Assembly (NCBI GenBank): GCA_024398755.1
Contig: JAKSIQ010000007.1
Location: 2,531-66,530 of the forward strand
Reading direction: 5' to 3'
Origin: Bacteroidaceae bacterium
Lineage (GTDB): Bacteria > Bacteroidota > Bacteroidia > Bacteroidales > Bacteroidaceae
Length of the DNA stretch: 64,000 bases
The first letter of the stretch is position 1. Every line of letters starts with the position of its first letter. Below are positions 32,835 through 43,105 of the stretch, piece after piece. The position numbers and the translations under genes are program-made. The notes beneath the pieces were generated by a model, which was given only the letters and a program-made list of their open reading frames with translations, made no database searches and was not told the origin of the DNA.

Positions 32835-33611
32835 ATGTCAACCGTAATTTACAGTTCACCAATATTCGGACCGGTTCATAGCCGCCGACTGGGTATTTCT
32901 TTAGGTATAAATCTGATGCCTTCCGATGGAAAGATCTGCACGTTTGACTGCATTTACTGTGAGTGCGGATTCAACTCGGAACGCAGACCGTCATCCCGTC
33001 GTCCCTCCAGAGATGATGTGCGTCAGGCCCTTGAGACCAGACTCATCGATATGAAGAATAACGGTCCGGAACCTAATGTCCTGACTTTTGCAGGCAATGG
33101 CGAACCTACCGCTCATCCTGAATTTCCCGGCATTGTCAATGACGTTCTGTCGCTTCGTGACAAGTATTTTCCGAAGGCCCAGGTCAGTGTCTTGAGCAAT
33201 GGGACACGTATTTTTGATAATGACGTGTTTCAGGCGCTGCTCCGGCTTGACAACAACATACAGAAATTGGATACTGTCAATCAGGATTATATCGGCCTGT
33301 TAGACAATCCTGTCGGAAAGTATGATGTGGAGAAGGTAATTGAGCGTCTGTGCGATTTTAATGGCAGGGTAATGATTCAGACCATGTTTCTTACCGGCGC
33401 ATTCAACGGACACGACATGACCAATACCTCAGAAGAATTTGTAAAACCCTGGATAGACGCATTGTTGAGAATCAAACCATATAAGGTGTTCATTTATACG
33501 GTAGCGCGTGAAACTCCTGTTGCCACATTGGCAAAAGCCTCAGCTGAAACCCTTGACGGCATTGCTGCCAGGTTGCGTGGGCTCGGTTTTGAAACTGTCG
33601 TATCATATTAA
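32835..33611 (+). CDS. Radical SAM protein (small, COG0731-like)
   Basis: CTFDCIYCEC = CxxxCxxC cluster motif, preceded by GPVHSRRLGISLGINL. Lies 7 nt after mutS. Confidence 0.7.
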   Translation: MSTVIYSSPIFGPVHSRRLGISLGINLMPSDGKICTFDCIYCECGFNSERRPSSRRPSRDDVRQALETRLIDMKNNGPEPNVLTFAGNGEPTAHPEFPGIVNDVLSLRDKYFPKAQVSVLSNGTRIFDNDVFQALLRLDNNIQKLDTVNQDYIGLLDNPVGKYDVEKVIERLCDFNGRVMIQTMFLTGAFNGHDMTNTSEEFVKPWIDALLRIKPYKVFIYTVARETPVATLAKASAETLDGIAARLRGLGFETVVSY

Positions 33612-33622
33612 GATCATTTCTA

Positions 33623-35020
33623 ATGAAAAGAATTGCTGTAATACTGTCATTGATATTCCTCCTGTCGTCGACCTCATATTCAGAGTCTCCAATCAGGGAA
33701 GAACTTGACAGTATTGTGGGTAAATGTCTGCCAAAGGGGACCGATGCCGCCATTATGGTATATGATCTTACTGATGGAAGGCCTGTCTATTCACTTCGTG
33801 AAAACGTGATGTGCCGGCCGGCGTCTGTTCAGAAGGTCATCACTTCGATTGTAGCCTTATCGGATCTGGGTGCTGATTTCCAGTTTGAAACCCGTCTGGA
33901 AATGTGCGGGCGCTTGTGTCCGGACGGCACTCTTGATGGTGATATTTATCTTGTGGGAGGTCTCGATCCGGCTCTTACGTCTGCGGAATTGAAACGCATG
34001 GTTACCGATTTGAAAACAGCGGGAGTCAGAAAGATTGCCGGCACACTGTATGCTGATGTCAGCATTATGGACAGCATTCCATGGGGGCCGGGCTGGAGTT
34101 GGGACGATGCACCATTTAGTTATCAGCCATTTATATCTGCGCTTATGGTTGACGAAGGCTGTATGCGTGTTCAGGTAGTTCCAACAAAGAAAGGCAACCG
34201 TGCCGAAGTTCTGCTGTTCCCAAAGAACAGTTTCATCAATGTCATAAACACTTCTGTTACAGATGACAAATCGGCTGGTCTTCTTTCCATGGATTATGAC
34301 TGGCTTCATGCCGGAAACACCGTAAAAATAAGCGGAAATGTCACGAAGGCCACATCTGAATCGTTCAGTGTGCGCCATTCGCATGATTTTGCCTTTTCTT
34401 TGTTCCGGGAATACCTGGATGATGCAGGCATCTCCTTCTGTGATTTCGGGTACGGCAAATGTCCGGTTGTAACCAGCAATGTCAGTAGGGTGTCACATTC
34501 ATTGAAAGATGTAATGAGACAGACTTTGAAGGAAAGTGACAACTTGTATGCCGAGTGTATGTTTCTGCGTACCTGCAATTTCAAGACAGGGAGACAGGCC
34601 TGTTTCTCAGAAGCGGCAAAATACACCCAGTCTTTTGTTGACAGAAAGTTCGGATTCGGTGCTCAGGAGTTGAATATAGTTGATGGATCAGGTCTTTCCA
34701 TGTATGATTTCATGACTCCTGCATTTCTTGTTGACATGCTTTCACTGATATATAAGGAAAAGGACCTTTTCAATATCATTTACGATTCACTTCCTATATC
34801 AGGTATTGACGGCACGTTGAAAACGCGTATGTCGGACAAGTCAACAATCGGCAGGATTCATGCAAAGACGGGTTCTGTAACCGGAGCGTCCACTCTGGCC
34901 GGATATGTCCAGAACAGAAGCGGCCATGTTCTTGCTTTTGCAATAATGAATTCCGGTGTCAAAGCATCTCCAAGCCGGAATTTTCAGGATACGTTCTGCA
35001 AAGCGTTGAGTCAGTTCTGA
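33623..35020 (+). CDS. dacB: D-alanyl-D-alanine carboxypeptidase/endopeptidase (PBP4 family)
   Basis: Signal peptide. SVQK (SxxK), SDN and KTGS motifs in the order expected for class C PBP4. Confidence 0.8.
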   Translation: MKRIAVILSLIFLLSSTSYSESPIREELDSIVGKCLPKGTDAAIMVYDLTDGRPVYSLRENVMCRPASVQKVITSIVALSDLGADFQFETRLEMCGRLCPDGTLDGDIYLVGGLDPALTSAELKRMVTDLKTAGVRKIAGTLYADVSIMDSIPWGPGWSWDDAPFSYQPFISALMVDEGCMRVQVVPTKKGNRAEVLLFPKNSFINVINTSVTDDKSAGLLSMDYDWLHAGNTVKISGNVTKATSESFSVRHSHDFAFSLFREYLDDAGISFCDFGYGKCPVVTSNVSRVSHSLKDVMRQTLKESDNLYAECMFLRTCNFKTGRQACFSEAAKYTQSFVDRKFGFGAQELNIVDGSGLSMYDFMTPAFLVDMLSLIYKEKDLFNIIYDSLPISGIDGTLKTRMSDKSTIGRIHAKTGSVTGASTLAGYVQNRSGHVLAFAIMNSGVKASPSRNFQDTFCKALSQF

Positions 35021-35022
35021 CG

Positions 35023-35631
35023 TTACAGCGTTTTAAATGCGTAACCTTGTTCTGTGAGCCAGTCAACGGCTTTTGGCAGGACAATTTTCAAATTGCGTTC
35101 ACTTTTGAGCGAATCGTGAAACACAATTATTGATCCGTTGCGGGTATAATGCTTGACAATCCACAGTATCTTGGACGGTTTGATTTTGGGATTGTAGTCT
35201 CTTGTTATGACGTCATAGAATACAATGTCATACTCTTCTTTCATATAGCGGTAACTCCATCGGCGCATTATTCCGTGTGGAGGTCTGAATAGCCGTGTCT
35301 TGAACAAAGAGTCGCATTTCCTGACGTTGTCAATGAAATCAGGATTGCGCATGTGCATGGAACGCACATGGTTGAAAGTGTGATTGCCTATAGCATGTCC
35401 ACGCTGGACAATCTGTTCGTACAGATCAGGATACTTCTGTACATTGTGTCCAACCATGAAGAATGTGGCTTTGATTCCCCTGCTGTCAAGAAAATCAAGA
35501 ATCCATGTAGTAAGTTCTGGAATAGGACCGTCATCGAAAGTAAGATAAACCGAGCGGTCTTCCGGATTTTTCCGGAAGATACCGTTCGGGTAAATTCTGC
35601 TCAATAGCCAGGTCGGTCTCTCGAAGAACAT
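35023..35631 (-). CDS. Polysaccharide deacetylase (CE4 NodB-type)
   Basis: TFDDGP, GNHTFNH and LFRPPHG motifs. Its ATG shares one base with the upstream stop (TAATG). Confidence 0.8.
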   Translation of the reverse strand: MFFERPTWLLSRIYPNGIFRKNPEDRSVYLTFDDGPIPELTTWILDFLDSRGIKATFFMVGHNVQKYPDLYEQIVQRGHAIGNHTFNHVRSMHMRNPDFIDNVRKCDSLFKTRLFRPPHGIMRRWSYRYMKEEYDIVFYDVITRDYNPKIKPSKILWIVKHYTRNGSIIVFHDSLKSERNLKIVLPKAVDWLTEQGYAFKTL

Positions 35632-38600
35632 TATCTTCTTCTCTTTTTGTATTCCAACGGATCAATTCCTGTCCTTCTCTGGAATTCCTGGCATAAGACA
35701 CTGAACTCATCTGCAATGGGATTGAAGATCTCATTCTTAAGAATATTCCTCATCAATGGGAATACAAATGCGTCAAGGTCTTCTGCAAGGCTTATGAAAC
35801 TGTCTGCAGAATAAGCCAGATGTTTGTCGTTCATGCTTATGAACCAATACATCTGATGTATGTAATTGTCTGTGATACCGGTTAATATTGAGGCGCTCTT
35901 TTCAATGTTTCCTATTGAAAGATAATTGCGTGCTGCGTTGATGTCAACAGTTTCGTTACGCGGTAACAATTCCTCTGAAATACCGGAATCAATGATATTC
36001 AGAATCCTTGCGGCTTCTTCAATTTTCCCTTCCATAACAAGTTCTCCTACCAGAGAATCAAAAATACGTCTGTGTGAAATGCACATACGCCTTATGGTCT
36101 GGTCAATGTATATGTCTGGGTTGTCAAGTCCTCCGAATTTGAATTTCAACAGATTGGCATACATCTTATCGGTATCAACCACACCCGTCATGTCAGCAAG
36201 CTCTTTCCAGTTGAATGGAGTTATTCTGAATGCAAGACCTTCAAGAACAAAATGATTCTTCAATCCCAGATAGCTGCTTTCAGGAACAGTAGTCGCTATA
36301 TACAAAGGTCTTTCCCAATTGGCATTCGCGATTATGTCAAGCATCATAAGTTCGTTCTTGTACAAATATCGTTTGCCTTTCAGAGAAATGATCATGCGGT
36401 CAGGCATGTTGGCCTTGGTCTCTTCAACTGTTGCGCCTTTTATGCAGTCAGGTATTTTCATTCCTGACCTGATAACGGCGTCCTTATCAATCTTGAGCCA
36501 TATTGTATCTGCCGGGATAATGTGGTTCTTTTTTACCCAATAATCAAGGACATAATGAAGTTCCAATGATTTGTCAACAACTTCAGCGCTGTTGTTTTTG
36601 AGTAGTGCCTGTTTAGCTGTCGGTTCCACAGGAACATAATCATTTGTTCCTGTCTCGTAGTCAATGCGTTCAAAAGAGATTGGCAGAGCCGGTGAATCGT
36701 AAGCAGGGCGCTTCATCTGGTCAATGTACCAGTCGGTCATCAGATAGCTCAGATTACAGCAGCGTGCATCTGTTCTGAAGCCCTCGGTCTCAAAATTGTA
36801 CCACAATGGGAATGTATCGTTATCACCGTTTGTGAAAATTATCGGAGTTCCCTGTTCCGGCAGTGATACCAGATAGTTCTGGCCGAAGTCGCGGCATGCG
36901 TATCGGTTGCTGCGGTCGTGATCATCCCATGTCTGTCCAACCATCTGTATTGGAACGAAAAGACAGAGTACGAATGCTACAACCGGTGCTGCTTTTTCTC
37001 CCATCAGTTTTCCAAGCCATTCTGATACAGCGGCTACACCCAAACCAATCCAGATTGCAAACGCGTAGAAGGAGCCGGCGTAAGCGTAGTCACGTTCACG
37101 TGGCTGTAGGGGGGTCTGGTTAAGGTAGACAACAATAGCAAGACCTGTCATGAAGAACAGGGCCAGAATTACTGTGAATTGGCGAACACCATCTTTTCCC
37201 TTGCCGAACTGCCAGCACAGTCCTATAATGCCAAGCAGAAGAGGCAGGCAGTAGAATACGTTGCGTCCTTTGCCTTTAAATGCGTCAGGCATGATATCCT
37301 GAACACCTCCAATCAGCATACGGTCCACAAATTTGATTCCTGTAATCCAGTTGCCGTTTTGCGCTTCACCGTAATCGTTCTGGATGTCATTCTGTCGTCC
37401 GGCGAAATTCCACATGAAATAACGCCAGTACATGAAGTTGACCTGATAACGGAAAAAGAACTTCAAGTTTTCAAGTTGTGTTGGAATCGTAATTCTCTGC
37501 ACCTGTCCGTTGCCTGGATTATAATTTACGGTGTGACCTTTTATGCCTCCGCACCATGCTTTGTATTGTTGTATGTGTTTGCCTTCAGAACTGTACATAC
37601 GTGGGAAAAGCATGTTTTGAGCGTAAATATATTCACGCTTTTCATCCATCACGTAATAACTGTCCTTTTCATTCGGACCTGATTTTTCCTTACGGCCGTA
37701 TGTTTTTCCTTTGGACTTGTATTTCGGATAGCCGGTATTCATGTCATAAGCCAGCTGGGAAGCGTAGGTCTGTCCGTAGAACAGCGGGCGTGAACCGTAC
37801 TGTTCGCGTGCCAGATAGTCACCAAGTGAGAAAATGTCCTCTGGTGAGTTCTGGTCCATAGGCGGATTGGCGGTTGAACGTACCACGATGACTGCGTATG
37901 ACGAATAGCCTATCACTATTGACATTACGCACAGCATTATGGTGTTCAGCAGGCTTGCACTTGGTTTTGCCTTTTCTGCAATCGACTTGGAGAACAGGTA
38001 GATTGCGCCTGCGGCAAGAACAACAATACCGAATACAATACCTCCTGCCTTATGACCGTAGAAGGGGATGCCTGCCAATGCTATGGTGAGCAGGAATGAC
38101 AGGTACATCTTTGACTGACGGTCACCGCGCTGTGTCTCATAAACACTCCATATCAGAGCGCCTACAAGCAGAATTATGTAAATTATGAGTCCGGTGTTGA
38201 AAGGCAGTCCAAAGCCATTCACGAACAGCAGTTCGAACCAGCCGCCTACCTTCACAATGCCGGGGACAATTCCGTACAGCACAGCTGCTATTATCACTCC
38301 GGAAAGACAGAATGCCAGGATGCCGCCTTTCCATGTCGGATTATCAGCCTTCTTGAAATAGTAGACCAGTACAATTGCTGTAATGCACAGCAGGTTCAGC
38401 AGGTGTACTCCTACTGATACGCCAATAAGGTAGGCTATCAGGACCAGCCAGCGTGAACTGTGCGGATTCTCGCAGTCTTCCTCCCATTTCAGTATGAGCC
38501 AGAAGGTTACAGCGGTGCAGAACGATGAATAAGCATAGACCTCGCCTTCAACCGCACTGAACCAGAAGGTGTCGCTCCAAGTGTAAGCCAGAGCACCTAC

Positions 38601-38969
38601 TATACCCGATCCGAATATGCTCACCATCTGCCATGCCGTGGGCTCTCCGTTTCTGGCAACCAGTTTCTTTGCGAGCATGGTTATGCTCCAGAACAGGAAC
38701 AGTATGCACAGGGCGCTGAGAAGGGCGCTCATGGTGTTGACCATCATGGCAACCTGGCTCGGGTCGTTGGTAAGCTGTGAGAACAGGTTTGCGGTAAGCA
38801 TGAATATCGGTGCCCCAGGCGGGTGTCCTACTTCAAGCTTGTAGCCTGTCGTTATGAACTCAGGACAGTCCCAGAAGCTGGCAGTGGGTTCAATGGTCGA
38901 GCAGTATGTGAATGCCGCAACCAGAAAAACCAACCATCCTATAATGGTGTTCAGTCTTTTGTACGTCAT
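35631..38969 (-). CDS. Large polytopic DUF2723 / TMEM260-like putative GT-C glycosyltransferase
   Basis: 1112 aa. N-terminus TIEPTASFWDCPEFITTGYKLEVGHPPGAP, about 10 or more TM segments, and a soluble helical C-terminal half. Confidence 0.7.
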   Translation of the reverse strand: MTYKRLNTIIGWLVFLVAAFTYCSTIEPTASFWDCPEFITTGYKLEVGHPPGAPIFMLTANLFSQLTNDPSQVAMMVNTMSALLSALCILFLFWSITMLAKKLVARNGEPTAWQMVSIFGSGIVGALAYTWSDTFWFSAVEGEVYAYSSFCTAVTFWLILKWEEDCENPHSSRWLVLIAYLIGVSVGVHLLNLLCITAIVLVYYFKKADNPTWKGGILAFCLSGVIIAAVLYGIVPGIVKVGGWFELLFVNGFGLPFNTGLIIYIILLVGALIWSVYETQRGDRQSKMYLSFLLTIALAGIPFYGHKAGGIVFGIVVLAAGAIYLFSKSIAEKAKPSASLLNTIMLCVMSIVIGYSSYAVIVVRSTANPPMDQNSPEDIFSLGDYLAREQYGSRPLFYGQTYASQLAYDMNTGYPKYKSKGKTYGRKEKSGPNEKDSYYVMDEKREYIYAQNMLFPRMYSSEGKHIQQYKAWCGGIKGHTVNYNPGNGQVQRITIPTQLENLKFFFRYQVNFMYWRYFMWNFAGRQNDIQNDYGEAQNGNWITGIKFVDRMLIGGVQDIMPDAFKGKGRNVFYCLPLLLGIIGLCWQFGKGKDGVRQFTVILALFFMTGLAIVVYLNQTPLQPRERDYAYAGSFYAFAIWIGLGVAAVSEWLGKLMGEKAAPVVAFVLCLFVPIQMVGQTWDDHDRSNRYACRDFGQNYLVSLPEQGTPIIFTNGDNDTFPLWYNFETEGFRTDARCCNLSYLMTDWYIDQMKRPAYDSPALPISFERIDYETGTNDYVPVEPTAKQALLKNNSAEVVDKSLELHYVLDYWVKKNHIIPADTIWLKIDKDAVIRSGMKIPDCIKGATVEETKANMPDRMIISLKGKRYLYKNELMMLDIIANANWERPLYIATTVPESSYLGLKNHFVLEGLAFRITPFNWKELADMTGVVDTDKMYANLLKFKFGGLDNPDIYIDQTIRRMCISHRRIFDSLVGELVMEGKIEEAARILNIIDSGISEELLPRNETVDINAARNYLSIGNIEKSASILTGITDNYIHQMYWFISMNDKHLAYSADSFISLAEDLDAFVFPLMRNILKNEIFNPIADEFSVLCQEFQRRTGIDPLEYKKRRR

Positions 38970-39010
38970 GATTAACGGTAAGTTATTGTTATTCTCAAAT
39001 GTAATTCCGA

Positions 39011-40282
39011 TTAAAGATCCTGGCCTATGTCGCGGCGGTTGTACTTGCCCTGGAACTTTATCAGTTCAGCGCTTTCAAACGACTGCTTCAAAGCTTCAGC
39101 CTTGTCCTTTCCGTATGAACTGACGGCTATGACGCGTCCTCCGGCGGTCACAACCTTGCCATTGGCGTCAAAGGCGGTTCCTGCATGGAATACAATGCTG
39201 TCCTTGACCTTGTCAATGCCTGTAATCTCAAATCCCTTTTCGTAGTGTTCGGGGTATCCGCCCGATACCAGCATGACACATACGGCCGAGCGCGGGTCTT
39301 CTTCCACCTGCATCTGGCCCAGTCTGCCTTCGGCAACGCCCTTGAACAGCTCAACAATGTCGGTCTTCAGGCGCAGCATTACGGTTTCGGTTTCCGGATC
39401 GCCCATGCGGCAGTTGTATTCAATGACCTTGGGCTGTCCTTCAACGTTAATCAGGCCGAAGAAAATGAATCCCTTATAAACAAGACCTTCTTTGGCAAGA
39501 CCTTCAACGGTAGGACGTACAATCTGTTCGTCAACCTTCTTCATCCATGCCTCGTCGGCAAACGGAACGGGTGAAACGGAACCCATGCCGCCGGTATTCA
39601 GGCCGGTGTCATGTTCGCCAATGCGCTTGTAGTCTTTTGCGACAGGCAGAATTTTGTAGTTCCTGCCGTCGGTCAGAGCGAATACCGAGCACTCTATGCC
39701 GCTCATGAATTCTTCAATGACCACCTGGGCCGATGCCACACCGAACATGCCGCCAAGCATCTCCCTAAGTTCCTTGCGGGCTTCTTCCAGCGTAGGCAGA
39801 ATGAGCACGCCCTTGCCGGCGCACAGGCCATCGGCCTTCAGAACATACGGAGCCTTCAGCGTTTCAAGGAACTTGAGTCCTTCTTCCAATGATTCTCCTG
39901 TGAATGTGCGGTATGCGGCTGTAGGTATGCCGTGTCTTATCATGAACTGCTTGGCAAAGTCCTTGCTGCCTTCAAGCTGTGCGGCAGCCTTTGACGGGCC
40001 GATAACAGGTATTCCTGCCAGCTGGGCATCGTTCTTGAAATAGTCCCAGATACCTTTGACCAATGGGTCTTCAGGTCCTACAACCACCATGTCTATGCCG
40101 TTTTCAAGCACAAATGACTTTATTGCGTCAAAATCAGTGGCCTTGATGTTGACATTCTGTCCCACGTTTGCAGTGCCGGCGTTGCCCGGTGCAATGAACA
40201 GTTTGTCAAGAAGTGGACTCTGTGCAATTTTCCAGGCCAGAGCATGCTCGCGGCCTCCGCTTCCAAGTAACAGGATTCTCAT
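39011..40282 (-). CDS. purD: Phosphoribosylamine-glycine ligase
   Basis: [18 protein letters not shown] and ATP-grasp motifs, 423 aa. Confidence 0.95.
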   Translation of the reverse strand: MRILLLGSGGREHALAWKIAQSPLLDKLFIAPGNAGTANVGQNVNIKATDFDAIKSFVLENGIDMVVVGPEDPLVKGIWDYFKNDAQLAGIPVIGPSKAAAQLEGSKDFAKQFMIRHGIPTAAYRTFTGESLEEGLKFLETLKAPYVLKADGLCAGKGVLILPTLEEARKELREMLGGMFGVASAQVVIEEFMSGIECSVFALTDGRNYKILPVAKDYKRIGEHDTGLNTGGMGSVSPVPFADEAWMKKVDEQIVRPTVEGLAKEGLVYKGFIFFGLINVEGQPKVIEYNCRMGDPETETVMLRLKTDIVELFKGVAEGRLGQMQVEEDPRSAVCVMLVSGGYPEHYEKGFEITGIDKVKDSIVFHAGTAFDANGKVVTAGGRVIAVSSYGKDKAEALKQSFESAELIKFQGKYNRRDIGQDL

Positions 40283-40300
40283 GATTCTATATTGTTTCTA

Positions 40301-41842
40301 TTAGTTTCCTTTTCTGAAATTACCTCCCTTTCTCGGACCGTTCTTCGGACCGTTCTTCTTGTGGTCTCCACCCTTACCTGAGAACGGCTTCCGACCGCTT
40401 TCGCTTCCACTTCCGAACGGTTTGTGCTCACCACCGGCGCGGCGGAACGGTTTGCGTTCTCCGTCTTCACTGTGGTTCTGGAACGGCTTGCGTGAATAAC
40501 TGCGGCCTTCGCGGTCAAATCGGCCTTTACCGGAGAATCTTCCTTTTGGAGACTCCTGTGCGGCTTCATCACGTCCGTTGTCACTTACCAGAATACCGTC
40601 TTCAACTTTCTGCAGACGTTCTGCCTGACGTGCCTTGTGGCGCAGGGTCTGTCCGCGACGGCTTACCGGTTCGCTCTTGTCAAGGAAAGAACCCTTGCCA
40701 CGGAAGTCATTATATCGGCCGTCAAAAATCTCGTATTTGCGCAGTTCGCATGGCAACTGTCCGTTGAACAGGGGTATCTTGGCGCTCGGCTTCAGGCCAA
40801 TCTTGTCAAAGCACTCAAAATGGTAGCTGATGACCCATGCCTGACCGCCCTTGAAGGCGTGTTTCAGACGTTCGCCTATCATTGCATACAGTTCCAGCAG
40901 GTGCTCGTCGTTAAGACGCTCGCCATAAGGCGGATTGGTAATCATTACGGCCGGTTCGGAAATCGGCTCGAAGTCTTTGAAATCGGCCACCTCGAACCTG
41001 ATTACCTCCTGCAGACCGGCTGCCTTGGCATTGGCCTTGGCAATGTTTATGGCCTTGGGGTCCTTGTCGCGGGCAATTATGCTGTGTTCAAAAAGACGTT
41101 CCTGGCTGTCATCATTATAGATGGTCTCGAACAGGTCGCGATCAAAGTCCTTCCACTTTTCAAATGCGTAGCTGGTGCGGAACAGGCCAGGAGCCATGTT
41201 TCTTGCTATGAGCGCGGCTTCAATTGCAATGGTGCCGCTGCCGCACATAGGATCCACAAAGTCGCACTGGCCGTCCCAGCCTGACATGAGCACCATGCCG
41301 GCGGCAAGCACTTCGTTGATGGGAGCTTCGGTGGCAGCCATCTTGTAGCCGCGCTTGTGCAGGCTCTCGCCGCTGCTGTCCAGTGACAGTGAGCAGTCAT
41401 CGTGCGATATGTGTATGTGGAAAGTCAGATCAGGATTGGCTACGCTCACGTTGGGGCGCTTGCCGTATTTCTCGCGGAACCAGTCGGCAATGGCATCCTT
41501 AACACGGTATGCCACGAACTTTGAGTGCCGGAAATCCTCGCTGTTGACAACGGCATCGACTGCAAAACTGTCTGAAAGGTCCATGTACTTGTCCCATTCA
41601 ACGGTCTTGCAGATGTCGTACACCTGGTCGGCATCATCGGCCCTGAAATGGAGAAACGGTTTTAGAATGCGCAATGCTGTGCGCAGATAGAAGTTGGCCT
41701 TGTACATAAGGGCTTTGTCGCCCTTGAAAGATACCATGCGGTTGCCTATGCAGATGCTGTTGGCGCCCAGATTGGTCAGCTCCTTTGCAAGAATCTCTTC
41801 CAGCCCCTGGAAGGTCTTGGCTATCATTTCAAATTCGGTCAT
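40301..41842 (-). CDS. THUMP-domain class I SAM-dependent RNA methyltransferase with a ~135-aa basic C-terminal tail
   Basis: Start at M10 (MTEFEMIAKTFQGLEEILA). DPMCGSGTIAIEA (SAM motif I) and NPPYGERL (motif IV). Tail rich in R/K/G with four KPF repeats. Confidence 0.8.
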   Translation of the reverse strand: MTEFEMIAKTFQGLEEILAKELTNLGANSICIGNRMVSFKGDKALMYKANFYLRTALRILKPFLHFRADDADQVYDICKTVEWDKYMDLSDSFAVDAVVNSEDFRHSKFVAYRVKDAIADWFREKYGKRPNVSVANPDLTFHIHISHDDCSLSLDSSGESLHKRGYKMAATEAPINEVLAAGMVLMSGWDGQCDFVDPMCGSGTIAIEAALIARNMAPGLFRTSYAFEKWKDFDRDLFETIYNDDSQERLFEHSIIARDKDPKAINIAKANAKAAGLQEVIRFEVADFKDFEPISEPAVMITNPPYGERLNDEHLLELYAMIGERLKHAFKGGQAWVISYHFECFDKIGLKPSAKIPLFNGQLPCELRKYEIFDGRYNDFRGKGSFLDKSEPVSRRGQTLRHKARQAERLQKVEDGILVSDNGRDEAAQESPKGRFSGKGRFDREGRSYSRKPFQNHSEDGERKPFRRAGGEHKPFGSGSESGRKPFSGKGGDHKKNGPKNGPRKGGNFRKGN

Positions 41843-41890
41843 CAGTATGTTTGATGAAATAGTGCACAAAGATACTACAAAATTTTGTCA

Positions 41891-41898
41891 TAACTTTG
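41891..41898 (+). promoter_or_regulatory. Candidate -7 box TAACTTTG for the aldose epimerase gene
   Basis: Exact TAnnTTTG, 48 nt upstream of the ATG at 41946. Confidence 0.4.
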
Positions 41899-41945
41899 TA
41901 TCTGGCAATCGGAACATTTCAGAACAGGTTCCGATTTCAAAAAAC

Positions 41946-42836
41946 ATGAACATGGTAATAGGAAACGGCATTATTGAGGCTCAGATTAACGAGATGGGAG
42001 CCGAACTCACGAATCTGAAGAGGTCTGATGGTCAGTTTGAATACATTTGGCAGGCCGATGCCGCCTTCTGGGGCCGTCATGCGCCCATGCTGTTTCCCAT
42101 CGTGGGCAAGGTATGGGACGGCCATTTTCAGGTTGGGGACAAGAGTTATCCAATGTCGCAGCACGGTTTTGCCCGTGACAGCCGGTTCTCCGTACTGAAT
42201 GCCGCCGGTGACAGTGTGGCCCTTGTGCTTGAATCGGATGCTGAAACCTTGAAGAAATATCCGTTCCCGTTCCGCATCGAGGCCGAGTACCGCGTGGCGG
42301 ACTGCTCGCTTGAAGTGTCGTGGCGTGTCACCAACACCGGTTCGGGAGAATTGTTCTTCCAGATTGGAGCCCATCCGGGTTTCAACCTGCCGGACCACAA
42401 TCCCGCCGATTACATACACGGTTATTTCCGCCTGCTGTCAGAAGGGGAGCCGGTCCGCAGTCTTATTGTCGGCAAGCTGACTCCTGACGGCTACCGCAGC
42501 GATGAGGCAGGCCTTATGTCGCTTGATACCGATGCCATGTTGCCGGTTACACCCGGTCTGTTTGCGGCCGATGCGCTCGTTCTTGAGGAACATCAGACCG
42601 ACTGTGTGGAACTGTATGACAAATACGGGAACCGCATGCTGAGTCTGGAATGCCCCTGCGCACCCGTCTGGGGCCTGTGGTCGCCTCCTGCAAAGAACGC
42701 CCCGTTTGTCTGTATCGAACCATGGCAGGGCCGATGTGATGCCGCCGGCTTTACCGGTCCCGTCAGCGAACGCGACTACATCAAGTCGCTTGCCCCCGGC
42801 CGCACTTACACCTTCGCCTACCGCATCACCATCTGA
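41946..42836 (+). CDS. Aldose 1-epimerase family protein (galactose mutarotase-like)
   Basis: Start moved to MNMVIGNGIIEAQINEMGAEL, because the ORF-track start overlaps the divergent methyltransferase gene. Has FPIVG, HGFAR and EPW motifs. Confidence 0.75.
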   Translation: MNMVIGNGIIEAQINEMGAELTNLKRSDGQFEYIWQADAAFWGRHAPMLFPIVGKVWDGHFQVGDKSYPMSQHGFARDSRFSVLNAAGDSVALVLESDAETLKKYPFPFRIEAEYRVADCSLEVSWRVTNTGSGELFFQIGAHPGFNLPDHNPADYIHGYFRLLSEGEPVRSLIVGKLTPDGYRSDEAGLMSLDTDAMLPVTPGLFAADALVLEEHQTDCVELYDKYGNRMLSLECPCAPVWGLWSPPAKNAPFVCIEPWQGRCDAAGFTGPVSERDYIKSLAPGRTYTFAYRITI

Positions 42837-43045
42837 TTTTTTCCGCGTGCTACCCCTCACGATAGGGAAGGAATGCGCCCTGCAGCCCCACTTCTTTTAG
42901 CATTTGAGACTATGGAATTGAGGCTGTGGAATTTACTTGCTAAAATAGACATTATAAATTTTGCATGTTTATAATGTAAATCGCAATTAAATACCTGTGT
43001 ATAAGCGTTATATAGTGTATTTACTGTCTGCTAAATGGTTAATAG

Positions 43046-43090
43046 AAATGTTAATGTATGCCAATTATTTAACTTATCGGCTTAACATTT
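43046..43090 (+). promoter_or_regulatory. Conserved 9-bp inverted repeat AAATGTTAA-N27-TTAACATTT (operator-like), copy L
   Basis: Both arms and the 27-nt spacing are identical in copy R. The right arm ends 16 nt before the -7-like box. Confidence 0.4.
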
Positions 43091-43105
43091 CTCCATTTCC
43101 TGCAT

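Noticed and set aside
40279-40584. 101-aa minus-strand ORF in another frame over the methyltransferase tail
   Set aside because: It is an alternative frame of the repetitive basic tail region. It overlaps the purD end and lacks an independent start context.
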